From the human T2T-CHM13v2.0 reference genome, Homo sapiens: 64,000 nucleotides of DNA. A program made the translations under genes and the position numbers. The notes under the pieces are model-generated. The model saw nothing but the letters and a program-made list of their open reading frames with translations, was not told the origin of the DNA and did no database searches. This document shows, piece by piece, positions 1 through 13,252 of the stretch; positions within the stretch are counted from its first letter, which is position 1; every line of letters begins with the position of its first letter. The stretch lies in the NCBI RefSeq assembly GCF_009914755.1, contig NC_060945.1; one strand, written 5' to 3'.

Positions 1-120
1 AAAACAAAGCAGGCACAAGGAAGACTCAAACAGGGAGGTCCCTGAAGATGGGAGACAAATGACCAATGGACAGAATTTCATGTCCTATTGGTGGCCTAAC
101 AGCTTGGAGAAGCATTCCAA

Positions 121-2141
121 CTGGATTTTCAACACAAGGAATTGGTTAGACGTCCCTGGCGGGGTGTGTCTCTTCCAGCTGGATTTTCAACACAGGGAAT
201 TGGTAACACGTCCCTGGCGGGGTGTGTCGCTTCCAGCTGGATTTTCAACACAGGGAATTGGTTAGACGTCCCTGGCGGGGTGTGTCGCTTCCAGCTGGAT
301 TTTCAACACAGGGAATTGGTTAGACGTCCCTGGCGGGGTGTGTCGCTTCCAGCTGGATTTTCAACACAGGGAATTGGTAACACGTCCCTGGCGGGGTGTG
401 TCGCTTCCAGCTGGATTTTCAACACAAGGAATTGGTTAGACGTCCCTGGCGGGGTGTGTCACTTCCCACTGGATTTTCAACGCAGGGAATTGGTTACACG
501 TCCCTGGCGGGGTGTGTCGCTTCCAGCTGGATTTTCAACACAGGGAATTGGTTAGACGTCCCTGGCGGGGTGTGTCGCTTCCCACTGGATTTTCAACACA
601 GGGAATTGGTTAGACGTCCCTGGCGGGGTGTGTCGCTTCCCACTGGATTTTCAACGCAGGGAATTGGTTACACGTCCCTGGCGGGGTGTGTCGCTTCCAG
701 CTGGATTTTCAACGCAGGGAATTGGTTAGACGTCCCTGGCGGGGTGTGTCGCTTCCAGCTGGATTTTCAACACAGGGAATTGGTTAGACGTCCCTGGCGG
801 GGTGTGTCGCTTCCAGCTGGATTTTCAACACAGGGAATTGGTTAGACGTCCCTGGCGGGGTGTGTCGCTTCCCCCTGGATTTTCAACGCAGGGAATTGGT
901 TAGACGTCCCTGGCGGGGTGTGTCGCTTCCCACTGGATTTTCAACGCAGGGAATTGGTTACACGTCCCTGGCGGGGTGTGTCGCTTCCAGCTGGATTTTC
1001 AACGCAGGGAATTGGTTAGACGTCCCTGGCGGGGTGTGTCGCTTCCAGCTGGATTTTCAACACAGGGAATTGGTTAGACGTCCCTGGCGGGGTGTGTCGC
1101 TTCCAGCTGGATTTTCAACACAGGGAATTGGTTAGACGTCCCTGGCGGGGTGTGTCGCTTCCCCCTGGATTTTCAACGCAGGGAATTGGTTACACGTCCC
1201 TGGCGGGGTGTGTCGCTTCCCACTGGATTTTCAACACAGGGAATTGGTTAGACGTCCCTGGCGGGGTGTGTCGCTTCCAGCTGGATTTTCAACACAGGGA
1301 ATTGGTAACACGTCCCTGGCGGGGTGTGTCGCTTCCCACTGGATTTTCAACACAGGGAATTGGTTAGACGTCCCTGGCGGGGTGTGTCGCTTCCCACTGG
1401 ATTTTCAATGCAGGGAATTGGTTAGACGTCCCTGGCGGGGTGTGTTGCTTCCAGCTGGATTTTCAACACAGGGAATTGGTTAGACGTCCCTGGCGGGGTG
1501 TGTCGCTTCCAGCTGGATTTTCAACACAGGGAATTGGTTAGACGTCCCTGGCGGGGTGTGTCGCTTCCAGCTGGATTTTCAACACAGGGAATTGGTTAGA
1601 CGTCCCTGGCGGGGTGTGTCGCTTCCAGCTGGATTTTCAACACAGGGAATTGGTTAGACGTCCCTGGAGGGGTGTGTCGCTTCCAGCTGGATTTTCAACA
1701 CAGGGAATTGGTTACACGTCCCTGGCGGGGTGTGTCGCTTCCAGCTGGATTTTCAACACAGGGAATTGGTTAGACGTCCCTGGCGGGGTGTGTCGCTTCC
1801 AGCTGGATTTTCAACACAGGGAATTGGTTAGACGTCCCTGGCGGGGTGTGTCGCTTCCAGCTGGATTTTCAACACAGGGAATTGGTTAGACGTCCCTGGC
1901 GGGGTGTGTCGCTTCCAGCTGGATTTTCAACACAGGGAATTGGTTAGACGTCCCTGGCGGGGTGTGTCGCTTCCAGCTGGATTTTCAACACAGGGAATTG
2001 GTTAGACGTCCCTGGAGGGGTGTGTCGCTTCCAGCTGGATTTTCAACACAGGGAATTGGTTAGACGTCCCTGGCGGGGTGTGTCGCTTCCCACTGGATTT
2101 TCAACGCAGGGAATTGGTTAGACGTCCCTGGCGGGGTGTGT
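121..2141. repeat. 58-bp minisatellite (VNTR), ~35 copies
   Basis: Unit CTGGATTTTCAACACAGGGAATTGGTTAGACGTCCCTGGCGGGGTGTGTCGCTTCCAG repeats at 121+58k up to the last unit at 2093, with few variant positions. Confidence 0.98.
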
Positions 2142-2217
2142 AGCAGGATAAGAGGAGCCACGCAGAAATATCGGGCTGCAGTCTCTAATTGGGTTGCTGA
2201 TAATAATATTTGTATTC

Positions 2218-2543
2218 TTTTTTTTTTTTGGCTGTTGTTGTTGTTTTTTGTTTTTGTTTTTGAGACAGAGCCTCGCTCTGTCGTCCAGGCTGGAGTGCAG
2301 CAGTGCAGTCTCAGCTCGCTGCCGTCTCCGCCTCCCAGGTTCAAGCCATTCTCGTGCCTCAGCCTCCCCAAAAGCTGGGATTACGGGCACCCGCCACCAC
2401 GCCTGGCTAATTTGTGTATTTTTAGTGGAGACAGGGTTTCACCATGTTGGCCAGGCAAGTCTCAAACTCCTGACGTCATGTGATCCACCCGCCTCAGCCT
2501 CCCAAAGTGCTGGCATTACAGGCGTGAGCCACCGCGCCAGGCC
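2218..2543 (-). mobile_element. Alu (AluS-like)
   Basis: Poly-T/(TTG)n tail followed by a full antisense Alu body ending GAGCCACCGCGCCAGGCC. Confidence 0.93.
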
Positions 2544-2553
2544 TGTTGGCTTG

Positions 2554-2840
<287 letters not shown>

Positions 2841-5420
2841 TAATATTGGTATTCTTATTTTAAACTAGAATATATACAGTTTCAAATAAAGCAAATGAAG
2901 ACAAAACATGTTAATACCATCAGGGGCCAAGATTTTCGGGGTTAGAGAAAAAAGCATACAAGTATAAAGTCAAAGAAGTTGAAGAAACTCTCCAGTTTGA
3001 ATAGGAGGCACCTGTGTAAGCTCTTGAACTCATGCCATATGTTTGTTTCATAAAAATACATTTTTTCTGCTGTGTCATCTGGAATTGCCCAGAAGCAAAG
3101 ACGACTCAGGAGCCACAGTCCCCGGCACCCAGGCTGGCTCTGAGCCCCTCTCCCCACTCACCTGAACCAGGACTCTGGGAAGTGACTGAGCGCGGGCTGG
3201 GCAGCGGCACAGGGAGCTGCTGGAAGCCCAGGAGGCATCAGCAAGTGCAGTGTCACCCGCCACGCCGGCGTCCCCCTGTCGAGAGGGCAGCCCCCAGCTT
3301 GAAGGGCTCCCAGCGCCAGCCGGGGCACGACAGGCATCGAACAGACTAATGGTATAGTGATGGTAGAAAACATCAAATGTTTGAAACTCTGTGAATTTAT
3401 CAAACCGCTTTCAAAACCTCCTGTCCCTCTCGGATGCTGTTAGGGCGCCAAGCCGTGATGCTGCGAACTGGCAAATAGGGGGAGGTAGAAAGCACGTGTC
3501 CCGGCTTTCCTGCGGGAACTTTCTCACCCAGCCGAGCAGCTCACGGGAGAAAGCTCTTTCCAGAGGATCTCCAGCGAGTAAACGCAGAAGGAGTGATGGG
3601 ATCCGAAGATCACCGTTTTGCAAACCTTCAGGAAACGCCAGAGGTGAGCCACTGCCACGAGAGGGTCTGAGCCGTCAGGGCGGGAGTAGGGTAACACAGG
3701 GAAACCGAGTCCCTACAAGGAGAGAGCCGGCTTGAGACCACAGTTAGGGCCTGAGCCGAGGCAGCCTCCTGCTGTATTGAGCTCTAAGGCGGTCCAAAAA
3801 CTCCCTCTGCGGGGCCACCCTCTGCAGCAGCACAGGCTGGAGGGGGTGCCAGCATCCTGCCCTCCAGGGATCCCAGGACCAGGGGCAGGAGTACCCAGTC
3901 CTCCTCTGGGGACCTGTGTGACCAGGCTGACCATCCCCAGAAGAGAGGCACCAGGACGCCCTGTGCCCCCACAAGATGCCAAGGGCAGAGGCCAGCACTG
4001 CCTGGCAACCCCAAGGCTGGAGGAAATGCAGGGAGGAGCTCATCAAATCCGGCCAGGCAGCAGCAGCAGCAGCCCGAGAGTGGGCATCCCATGGGACGAA
4101 CGGCCCGGGATCCACACGCAGATGCCCAGAAAGCGAGAGGACAGAGGGCGCGGGGCGGGAAGACGCGCCTCGGCCGGGGCAGCAAGGAAAAGACGTTACA
4201 ACAGCCGTTTTCAGTCAGGGAAATGTGAACAGGCTGAATATTTAGGGATCCATTGTGATGATTATATTGTGACTGTGTTTTCTAAAAAGGAGAGATATTT
4301 TATCTGCTGGGGGCACATACCACAGTATTTATGGACACAGTGATAGGACGTCTTCATTTCATTTCAAATACCCCATGGGAGGATTTATGAGGCTAGAGGG
4401 AGGCTGGCTATCACTGAAGCTTGGTGATGCATTAATGGATTCATCTTCCTAATAAAAAGTTATAAAATTATGTAAGAGTGGATAAAAGAAGGACATTAAA
4501 CAAAGGAAGTAAAAGGAAATCTCCTTACTGGCGGAGTCCCTGGGTGGTCTGTCTGATTCCAGCTGATACATAATCGTTACTGAAGGTCATAGGTCAGGCT
4601 GCTGGGAGTCTCAGGCTCCAAGGGCTGAGGGCGGGGGCTCCAAGGCGGTCTGCAGACCCCCTCTGTGGGGTGACCCTCTGCAGCAGCACAGGCTAGAGGG
4701 GTCCTAGCATCCTGTCCGCCAGGATCCCAGTACCTGGAGTGGGAGGGCCCAGCCCTCCTCTGGGTTCTCCTGGGGGCCGAGGAGTTGGGCCCAGGGCATT
4801 GTCGGGACACCAGGCCCTCCCATCGTCGGCTTCCTATGAACGCTTAGGCCAGGCCAGGGCAGAACAGTGGGTGAGGGCCTGTGTCTGGGGCCTGTGTCTG
4901 GGGCCAGGCTGCCTGACTCCCAACCTCTTCTCTCCCCTTCCTGCTGTACAACCCTGGGCAAGTTAGTGACTTTGCTGGATCTCAAAGTCCTCATCTGTAA
5001 GACGAGCATCATGCTGTGGGTGTGAGGAACCAATGGGAGCACGGCCGGCTGGCGGCACCTGCCCGGTGCATGGATCCAGGGTGGCTGGAACCCAATTCCA
5101 CATTAACCTGGGGTCTGGCAGCCAGAACCACCAGTCTCTGGGAGACGACTGCCCGGGTCCCCAGCAGGCCAGAGTCAGGCCCTGTCTGGGTCCCCACAGC
5201 CCCCATGCCCGTGCTGTAAACCAGCCTCAGGGGCTGGGGAGGAGGAGTATTCCCAGCCATTTCCCAGGCAGAAGCCTTGGTGCTTCTGCTCTAATTAGGG
5301 CTGGGGGAGGGGACCTGGGGTCATCATCTCCAAGGTCAGTGGTCACCACATTCCAGGAATCACCACCAGCATTGGCCTCAAACTCCTCAGCACCAATTGA
5401 CATAAAATCCATGGGAATTC

Positions 5421-5725
5421 AGCTGAAGCTTCACGCCTACAATCCCAGCACTGTGGGAGGCCAAGGTGGGAGGATCGCTTGAGCCCCTGAGTTTGAGACC
5501 AGCCCAAGCAACACAGTGATACCCCAGCTCTACAAAAAGTACAAAAAACAATTAGCTGAGGGTGGTGGCACGTGCCTGTAGTCCCAGCTACTCAGGAGGC
5601 TGAGGCAAGAGGATTGTTTAAGGCCAGGAGTTCAAGGCTGCAGTGAGATATGATCGTGCCACCACACTGCAGCCTGGATGACAGAGCAAGACTCTGTCTC
5701 TAAAAACAAAACAAATGAACAAAAA
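5421..5725 (+). mobile_element. Alu (AluJ-like) with target-site duplication
   Basis: Alu body plus A-rich tail, flanked by AAAATCCATGG(G/A)AATTC on both sides. Confidence 0.9.
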
Positions 5726-6180
5726 ATCCATGGAAATTCCCTCAGAGCCAGAAAATTGCTTCCAGCCTTTGGGAACGGAGTGTGGTTTGAGCTGCACTGA
5801 CTGGGCACGGTGGGCCCCACTCTGGGAAGAGAGGTTTCTTTCTGCAGCTTGATCACCCCAGTGGACTAATGAGGCGAGCTGTTCCCAGGAAGTGTGCTTT
5901 ACGTAACTGCTGGTAATGAGACTGGTGGGGCCGTGCGTGTGTGTGCGTGTGCGTGCTCGTGACTCTGGAAGCCTTCAAGCTGCCAGCATTCATCCGTCTT
6001 CTCTAATGAGCCTCATGGGAACATTATCGCCCTGGAGGAAGGAGAAAGCGGGGCTGGGCTCTCTCGCCGGCAGCTCTGCTCCAGAACTGGAAGAACTTAC
6101 TGCTGTCAGGGACACTCCAGAGCTCCTGCCTCTGCTCATTCCTACATCACTCAAGTGAACAGCTCCTGAATTTAAAGAGG

Positions 6181-6890
6181 CACATGTACACATGCACAAG
6201 CATTCACACATGCACAAGCATTCACACATGCACATGGGCCACACACATATATGCGCACATGCATTCACGTGTGTACACACCACATGCATGTCCATAGGCA
6301 CACATCCTCACATGCTATATATTGCACATGTACATGCATTCACACAGGCACACACCACATGTATGTGCACAGAGAGCTGCATCACACAGCACATGTGTAT
6401 ATAGACTCATGTACCACACACATTACATGCATGTGCACACAAACGTATCACACAACACACATGCATATAAATTTGCACCACACACCACACCACACATATG
6501 CATACAGACATGCGCCCCATGCCACACATGTACGTGCACACAAACATGTATCACACAGCACATGTGCATATAGTCAGCACCACACACATCACACACATGT
6601 GTATACATATCACACATAGACTTACACATGTGCAATGCATTCCCACACACACCATGTACATTCATATACCCACATGCATCACACACACTGCCACATATAC
6701 ACGTGTGTTGCATATGTGTGCACATGTACCACATATACCGCATACGTGTGCATGGGTGCATGCCACACACACACACACACCATGTACCTGTGTGTAGGTG
6801 CATGCACTCACATATACCATAGCTATGTACACACACAATTCGTATGTACACATATCTGCACATAGACCTGCATTTACATATATACCTGCC
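6181..6890. repeat. Degenerate (CA/CATG)n low-complexity tract
   Basis: Alternating purine-pyrimidine sequence of the cacatgcacac type. Confidence 0.9.
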
Positions 6891-7236
6891 ATAGAAGCCA
6901 GATGTGAGAATGAAAACCTCAGAACCCAGAAGCCGTTGTGAGAGGAGTGTGGTGATCAGGAGATGGACTGGGGCTGGGAGAAAGCCCCTCCCACGGGCTG
7001 CAGTGCTCGGGACTTACAGAAGACCCCAGGGTAAGGGACAAGCTGAGCAGCTGATGCTGGAGGCAAAGCTGAGGTGGGCAGCACGGCCCCCCAGGGCCGC
7101 CTCGGTCCCAGCGCCGACCGCGAGTCTGTCCTCCAGCTGCCTCGTTCACTGGGCTTGAGTCGACAAGAACCTGCCAGGGAGGGTGGCAGGACCACGAGGC
7201 TGGGGGGCCTCAGAGTTTGCCCTGCAATGACAAGAC

Positions 7237-7376
7237 CCAGAATGGGGGAAGGGCCTCCGCACACCTGGGGCTCCGCGGGGACCAGGACGTGGTGGCGGCC
7301 GGATCCCAGGATGGGGGGGAAGGGCCTCCGCCTACCTGGGGCTCAGCGGGGACCAGGACATGGTGGCGGCCGGATG
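7237..7376. repeat. Two-copy ~70-bp tandem duplication
   Basis: ccag.atggggg.aagggcctccgc..acctggggctc.gcggggaccaggac.tggtggcggccggat occurs twice. Confidence 0.85.
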
Positions 7377-8141
7377 GACCCCAAAAACAGAGCAAGACTG
7401 ACGGAGAGCGTGGATCAGGGAGGTTCTGCACCAGCTCTTCGCACAATGAGGAAAGATCTTGCTGCTACAAAATAGAAGGAACTCAGCAAACAACCTCTCT
7501 GAGTGGTGGGTAAAGATGCCCACGCCCTGGCATATGTGGTACTAGAACCTCATGCTGTACAGGCGTTCCGCTCCGCTGAGGGCCTCCTGGACACCTTGAG
7601 TTTGAGGCCAGCAGAGGCCTGGCCTTGCTGCCTACCCACCTGCCTGGCCACTTGTCCACCGACAGCGTGGCCTGGGCCCTGGCAGTGGAACAGGGAGGCA
7701 TCCCTAGTTTCCCCTCTGGCTCCGGGGTCTGAGTGGGGAGCCCCTGGTGTGGGGATGTGTTCATCCTCAGCTCTGCACCAGCCCCCACAGGCCCCAGGGT
7801 TAACCTGGGCCCACAGTTTCTAGGAAAGAGGGGCACGGGCTGAGGATGCAGGGCCCACCCTTCCTGTGGGGGCCAGAGGGCTCCTCTGCCTCTCCCAGGA
7901 CCACTTCCTTCCTCCCACATGGATGACCCGGGGGTCCAACCCTGGAAAATCTGAGCAGCTTGGCTGTGGTTCAACCTCCTCTTTCCACTAGCCTGCACCT
8001 GGGACCCACTTCCTGCCGGCTGCCACTGCTGGCAGGTCCAGGGCAGCCCTGGCCATTGGTCAGCCCTGCAGCCAGCAGCCCACACAGAAACCACGCTGCC
8101 TCCAGCTTGGACCTCAGCATGCGGGGAGCTGTGGGGGCCTA

Positions 8142-8680
<539 letters not shown>

Positions 8681-8878
8681 TCACCCCGCCAGCCCCTCCT
8701 CGGCCTCCTCCGGCTCTGGCTTCAAGGCTTTATCCCTGGTGCTCACAATCAGCCCCCCGCCCAGCAGTTACCTCCATCCAGGCACACACGGCCCTCGTTC
8801 CCCTCTCTGCCCGTGGGGCGCCTCCACAGATGGCTGGAGGACCCATGCAGACCCTCGGCTTGGTAGCCTGCTGCCCAT

Positions 8879-8941
8879 TCCTGTGCCCACAGCCGGGGCT
8901 CCTGTGCCCACAGCCGGGGCTCCTGTGCCCACAGCCGGGGC
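8879..8941. repeat. 21-bp tandem repeat x3
   Basis: TCCTGTGCCCACAGCCGGGGC x3. Confidence 0.9.
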
Positions 8942-9171
8942 GGCCTGACCTCGCAGCACAGGGTGTCAGCCGGGAGGATGCGGGGGAGGCGGCTGCCCAG
9001 CCTCCTGTGATCCCGGCAGGTCCTGGCCCTGCACTGGGCCCGGTTTCACCACCTGTCAGCCTCAGGGTAGGATTTTATGCAGAGTCACGCAGTTTACACA
9101 CAAACACACACACGCTGGTATACACACGTATGTGCACACACATGCACAGGCAAGCATATACATATACATGC

Positions 9172-9533
9172 CGTTATAGATTGAACTGTGTCTCTCCCAA
9201 ATTCACATGTTGGAGTCCTAACCCCCAGGATCTGTGAATAAACTTATCTGGAGATAGCATCTGCAGTTAATCAAGTACAAATGAGGTAATTAGGGTGTGT
9301 TTGTGTGTCTTTTAAAGGGGGAGGTCTGGACACCGTGTGGAGACAGCTGTGGGATGCATCTGCACACTGAGGAGCCATGATGGCTGTGGGACGCCCAGAA
9401 GCTGGGGGAGGCCTGGAGCAGCCTCTCCCTTACAGCCTCAGGGGGAATCAGCCTGCTGTGAGATAATAAATGTCTGTTGTTTTAAGCCCCCAGTGTGTGG
9501 TGGCTTATTGTGACAGACCTAGCAAACTGTGTA
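9172..9533 (+). mobile_element. MaLR LTR (MLT1A/B-like)
   Basis: Starts gttatagattgaactgtgt..cccaaattcacatgttggagtcctaacccc; ends aataaatgtctgttgttttaagcc...gcaaact. Confidence 0.75.
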
Positions 9534-10050
9534 CACAGACACAGGCACACAGGCAAAGGCACAGGCACACAGACACATACACACAGACACAGGCACACAG
9601 ACACAGGTACACAGGCACAGGCACATAGGCACATACACAGAGGCCCAGACACACAGACACAGGCACACAGACACACAGGCACACAGGCATAGGCACACAG
9701 GCACACAGGCACATACACAGAGGCCCAGACACACAGACACAGGCACACAGACACACAGGCACACAGGCATAGGCACACAGGCACACAGGCACATACACAC
9801 AGGTACATATACACAGGCACAGGCACACAGGCCCAAACACACAGACACAGGCACACAGGCACATACACACAGACACAGGCACACAGACACACAGGCACAC
9901 AGACATAGGCACACAGGCACACAGACATAGGCACACAGACACAGGCACACAGGCAAAGGCACAGGCACATAGGCACCTACACAGAGGTACAGGCGCACAG
10001 ACACAGGCACACAGGCACGTACACAGGTACAGGCACACAGGTGCACACAA
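9530..10050. repeat. (CACAGG/CACAGA)n simple repeat
   Basis: Hexamer-based array visible directly in the sequence. Confidence 0.92.
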
Positions 10051-10124
10051 CTCACCCGTAGTCAGTAGCATCAACTTTAAAGTCCAGCATAGCAGGGCTC
10101 AGGACCTGGCTGGACCATATTCCA

Positions 10125-10228
10125 TCTGTTCGACCTTGAAAAGGTAATTTAATGATTCTGAGCTTCAGTTTTCTCACCTGAAAACTAGGAATCATAATAG
10201 TCTCTTCTTCATAGGGTTGTTGCAAGAA
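10125..10228. mobile_element. MIR core fragment
   Basis: ctgagcttcagttttctcacctgaaaa..ggaatcataatagt..tcatagggttgttg resembles the MIR core. Confidence 0.6.
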
Positions 10229-10309
10229 GCCGGGACATTTTGCCCTGGGTTTGGCATGAGGGGCTGCAGTGTCTCCTGTACATGCTTTAAATATTTTTTA
10301 AAGTCTCAA

Positions 10310-12010
10310 CTATTTGTACACTAAACAACACACGTCTAAATAATGTGTGGGTCAAGAAGAAATCGCATGCCAGGCAAGGTGGCTCTCGCCCATCGCCCCA
10401 GCTACTCGGGAGGCTGAGGTGGGAGGATTGCTTAAACCCAGGAGTCCATCAGCCTGGGCAATGTAGCAAGACTTAGCCACAAAAAAAAACTTTTAAAGAA
10501 GAAATCTTGAAGAAAATATTTTGAATTGAATCATCATGAAAATGCAGAATGTAAGAATTTGTGGAAATGCAGGCAAAGGGTGCTTAGAGGGAAATTTATA
10601 GCTTTAAATACTTAGATTAGAAACAAAAAAAGGCTTAACATCAATAATATAAGTTTCCAATATAAGTAGCATAAAAGAGATAAGCAAATTAAACCCAAAA
10701 AGTAGAAAATAAATAATGAAAGTAGTAGCAGAAATTATTGAAATACAAAACAGATAAAAAGATCAACAAACCCAAAATTGATTTTTTTAGTTGTTAAAAT
10801 TGTTATCTGTCAAGCAAGATCGATTTAAAAAAGAGAGAGAAGACACAAATTGCCAATATCTAGACTGAAAGAAAGAATATCAATGTGGATCCTTGAGACA
10901 GCACAGGATAATAATAAAACTTTATGAGCAACTTTGTCAGTAAATTTAACAACGTTGGGTGACACAAATTTCTGAAAAACACAACTTACCAAAATCAGCA
11001 TGAAATGAAATAGAAAATCTGGATAGCCTTATGTCTACTTTTAATAACTGAATTCGTTATCAAACTCCTTCCACAAAGAAAACTGCACGCCCTGGTGGTT
11101 TTATGGTGAGTTGTATCAAATACGTAGGGAAGAAATAATGCTGATCTTTCACAAACTCATTCAGAAAACAGAAGAAGGGAGAACGTCTGCCATGGCCTGA
11201 ATTTGCCCCCTCCCTGCTGCCAAAATTCATACCCTAACCCCAGCATCTCAGAAGGTGACTGTATTTGGAGAGGGGATCTTTACAGAGGTCATTAAGTTAA
11301 AATGTGGTCATTAGGGTTGCCCTGGCCCAGTCTGCTGGCGTCCTCGTAAGAAGAGCAGATGAGGGCACGGACACACACAGAGGGACGGCCCTGTGAGGAC
11401 ACAGGGAGAAGATGGTGTCTGCAAGCCAAGGAGAGACCCCAGGCACCAGCCCTGCCCCTCCTTGATCTCAGACCCCAGGCTCCGGGACTGTGAGAAGGAA
11501 GTGCCTGTTCGAGCCACCAGTTCTGCGCATTCTTAAGGCAGCCCAAACAAACTAATAAAATCCCTAGTGCGTTGTACCAGGCGGATGTAAGCCTGAGACG
11601 ACACCTGACAAAGACATTATGATAAAACACAATTGGGGAACGTCCCGCACATCAACACAGACACAAAACACTCAACCAGATGTTAGCAATCACGGCCAGC
11701 AAGGGAAGTAAATGTTACACCACGACCAAACGTGCTTCCGCCAGGAATGCAAGAGCCGTTTACTGTTTGAGCATCAATCAGTGTCATTCACAGAAGCAGA
11801 AAACATGATCATTCAATAAATGCAGAGAAATCATTCAACAAAAAAGCAACACCCATTATCACAGATAAGAACTCGAGACAGGCTAAGAACAAAGTGAAAC
11901 TTTCTCCATATGATATGGCCACGTATGAGGAGCCTACAGCTAAAATCAGATGTGATGGTGGAATGCCGACCTTACACAAACTCATTCAGAAGACAGAGGA
12001 AGAGGGGAGA
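10310..12010 (+). mobile_element. Degraded L1M ORF2 segment, interrupted by an Alu monomer (~10368-10490) and an MLT1 LTR (~11188-11560)
   Basis: A-rich L1 ORF2-like motifs (cttagagggaaatttatagctttaaa, atgcagagaaatcattcaacaaaa). The MLT1 motif is aaggtgactgtatttggaga. Confidence 0.75.
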
Positions 12011-12690
12011 ATTCCTGCTCTGTCCTGAATTTGCCCCACTCCCTACTGCCAAAATTCACATCCTAACCCCAGCATCTTGGAAGGTGACTGTATCTGGAGA
12101 ATGGGATCTTTACAGAGGTAATCAAGTGAAAATGTGGCCATTGGGGTGGGCCTCCCTAACAGTGTCCCTCTCACTCTGTGAACGGGGTGAGGCTGTCTGC
12201 CTGGCCACTTCTGTTCAATGCCGTACTGGAAATTATAGCCAATGCCACAAGGTGAGACAAATGAGAGTCGTGCAGTTTGGAGAGGGTGCCTGTTATGAAG
12301 GTGTGGTCTTCCACCCAAACCCACCCTCCGGACCCCATCCTGAGCTGCCGGGGCTGGGACCCCACAAACCACATCTCTGCTCAGCCTGCCAGCATCCCCT
12401 TAGACTGCCAATAAGGGGCGCTGGAGAGACCACCAAGGTCCAAAAGGACAGGAGAGTTCAGGCGAGTGTTCTGGGTTCAGGGAGATTGGAGACATGACGG
12501 TTAAATTCCACGCGTGCTCCTGCACTGCACCCTTGGGTGGGAAGGAACATTACTGGGACAGTGGACAAGAATGGGAAATGGACTGCCCGCTAGATGGTTG
12601 TATCACATCATTAGGTGATTACACCAAGGGGCGTTCCCTGCAGGCACACGCTGAGGTCCACAGTGGGGAGTGGACATGGTGACCCCGCCT

Positions 12691-13252
12691 TGCTGGGGCT
12701 CAGAAGCTGGTACCTGAGATACAGCTTTGATGTGAACCGAGGCAGCCTCAAGGTCTCTCTGACCTCCCTGCTCCTGTCTCTCCCAAAGCACGAAGTTGTT
12801 CCCTGAATCTCCCTTATCTGCCTGAAGTCCCTACCGGCCAAAGAAGAAAACAATGACCCGGAATCCCCTCCCTGCGTTTCCATTAACTGAGCTTCTATCG
12901 CAAGAAGAAAGGCCGAGGTTTGTCAACACACCTGGCAAATGTCACAACCATTGTCTGCTCCAGCGGACTTTGTTCCAGGCCATTGTCCGTGCTTCAAGCC
13001 CATTGAATTCCCTAAAAATCATTTACTACCACCCTAAAGTCACCCACACTGCCCCATCTCCTTTCCCCCAAGAAGAAGGGTGCATGGCCGTCTGTGGCCC
13101 CCCGGGGTTTGGGGTAATCGTCCTCCTAAGATCCTCCATGCTATGCACATTAGAACACATGTCAGCCTTTCCTCCAGTTAATCTGCCTTCTGTGAGTTGA
13201 TTTTCCAGTGAAACTTCCGAGGGCAAAGGGGAAGTTTTTCCCTTGGCCTCTG
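12691..13252 (+). mobile_element. ERV1-class solo LTR (MER39-like)
   Basis: Starts tgctggggctcagaa; ends gattttccagtgaaacttccgagggcaaaggggaagtttttcccttggcc. Confidence 0.7.

Noticed and set aside
121-2141. CRISPR-like array
   Set aside because: Units are contiguous with no unique spacers, there are no cas genes, and the context is human. It is a minisatellite.
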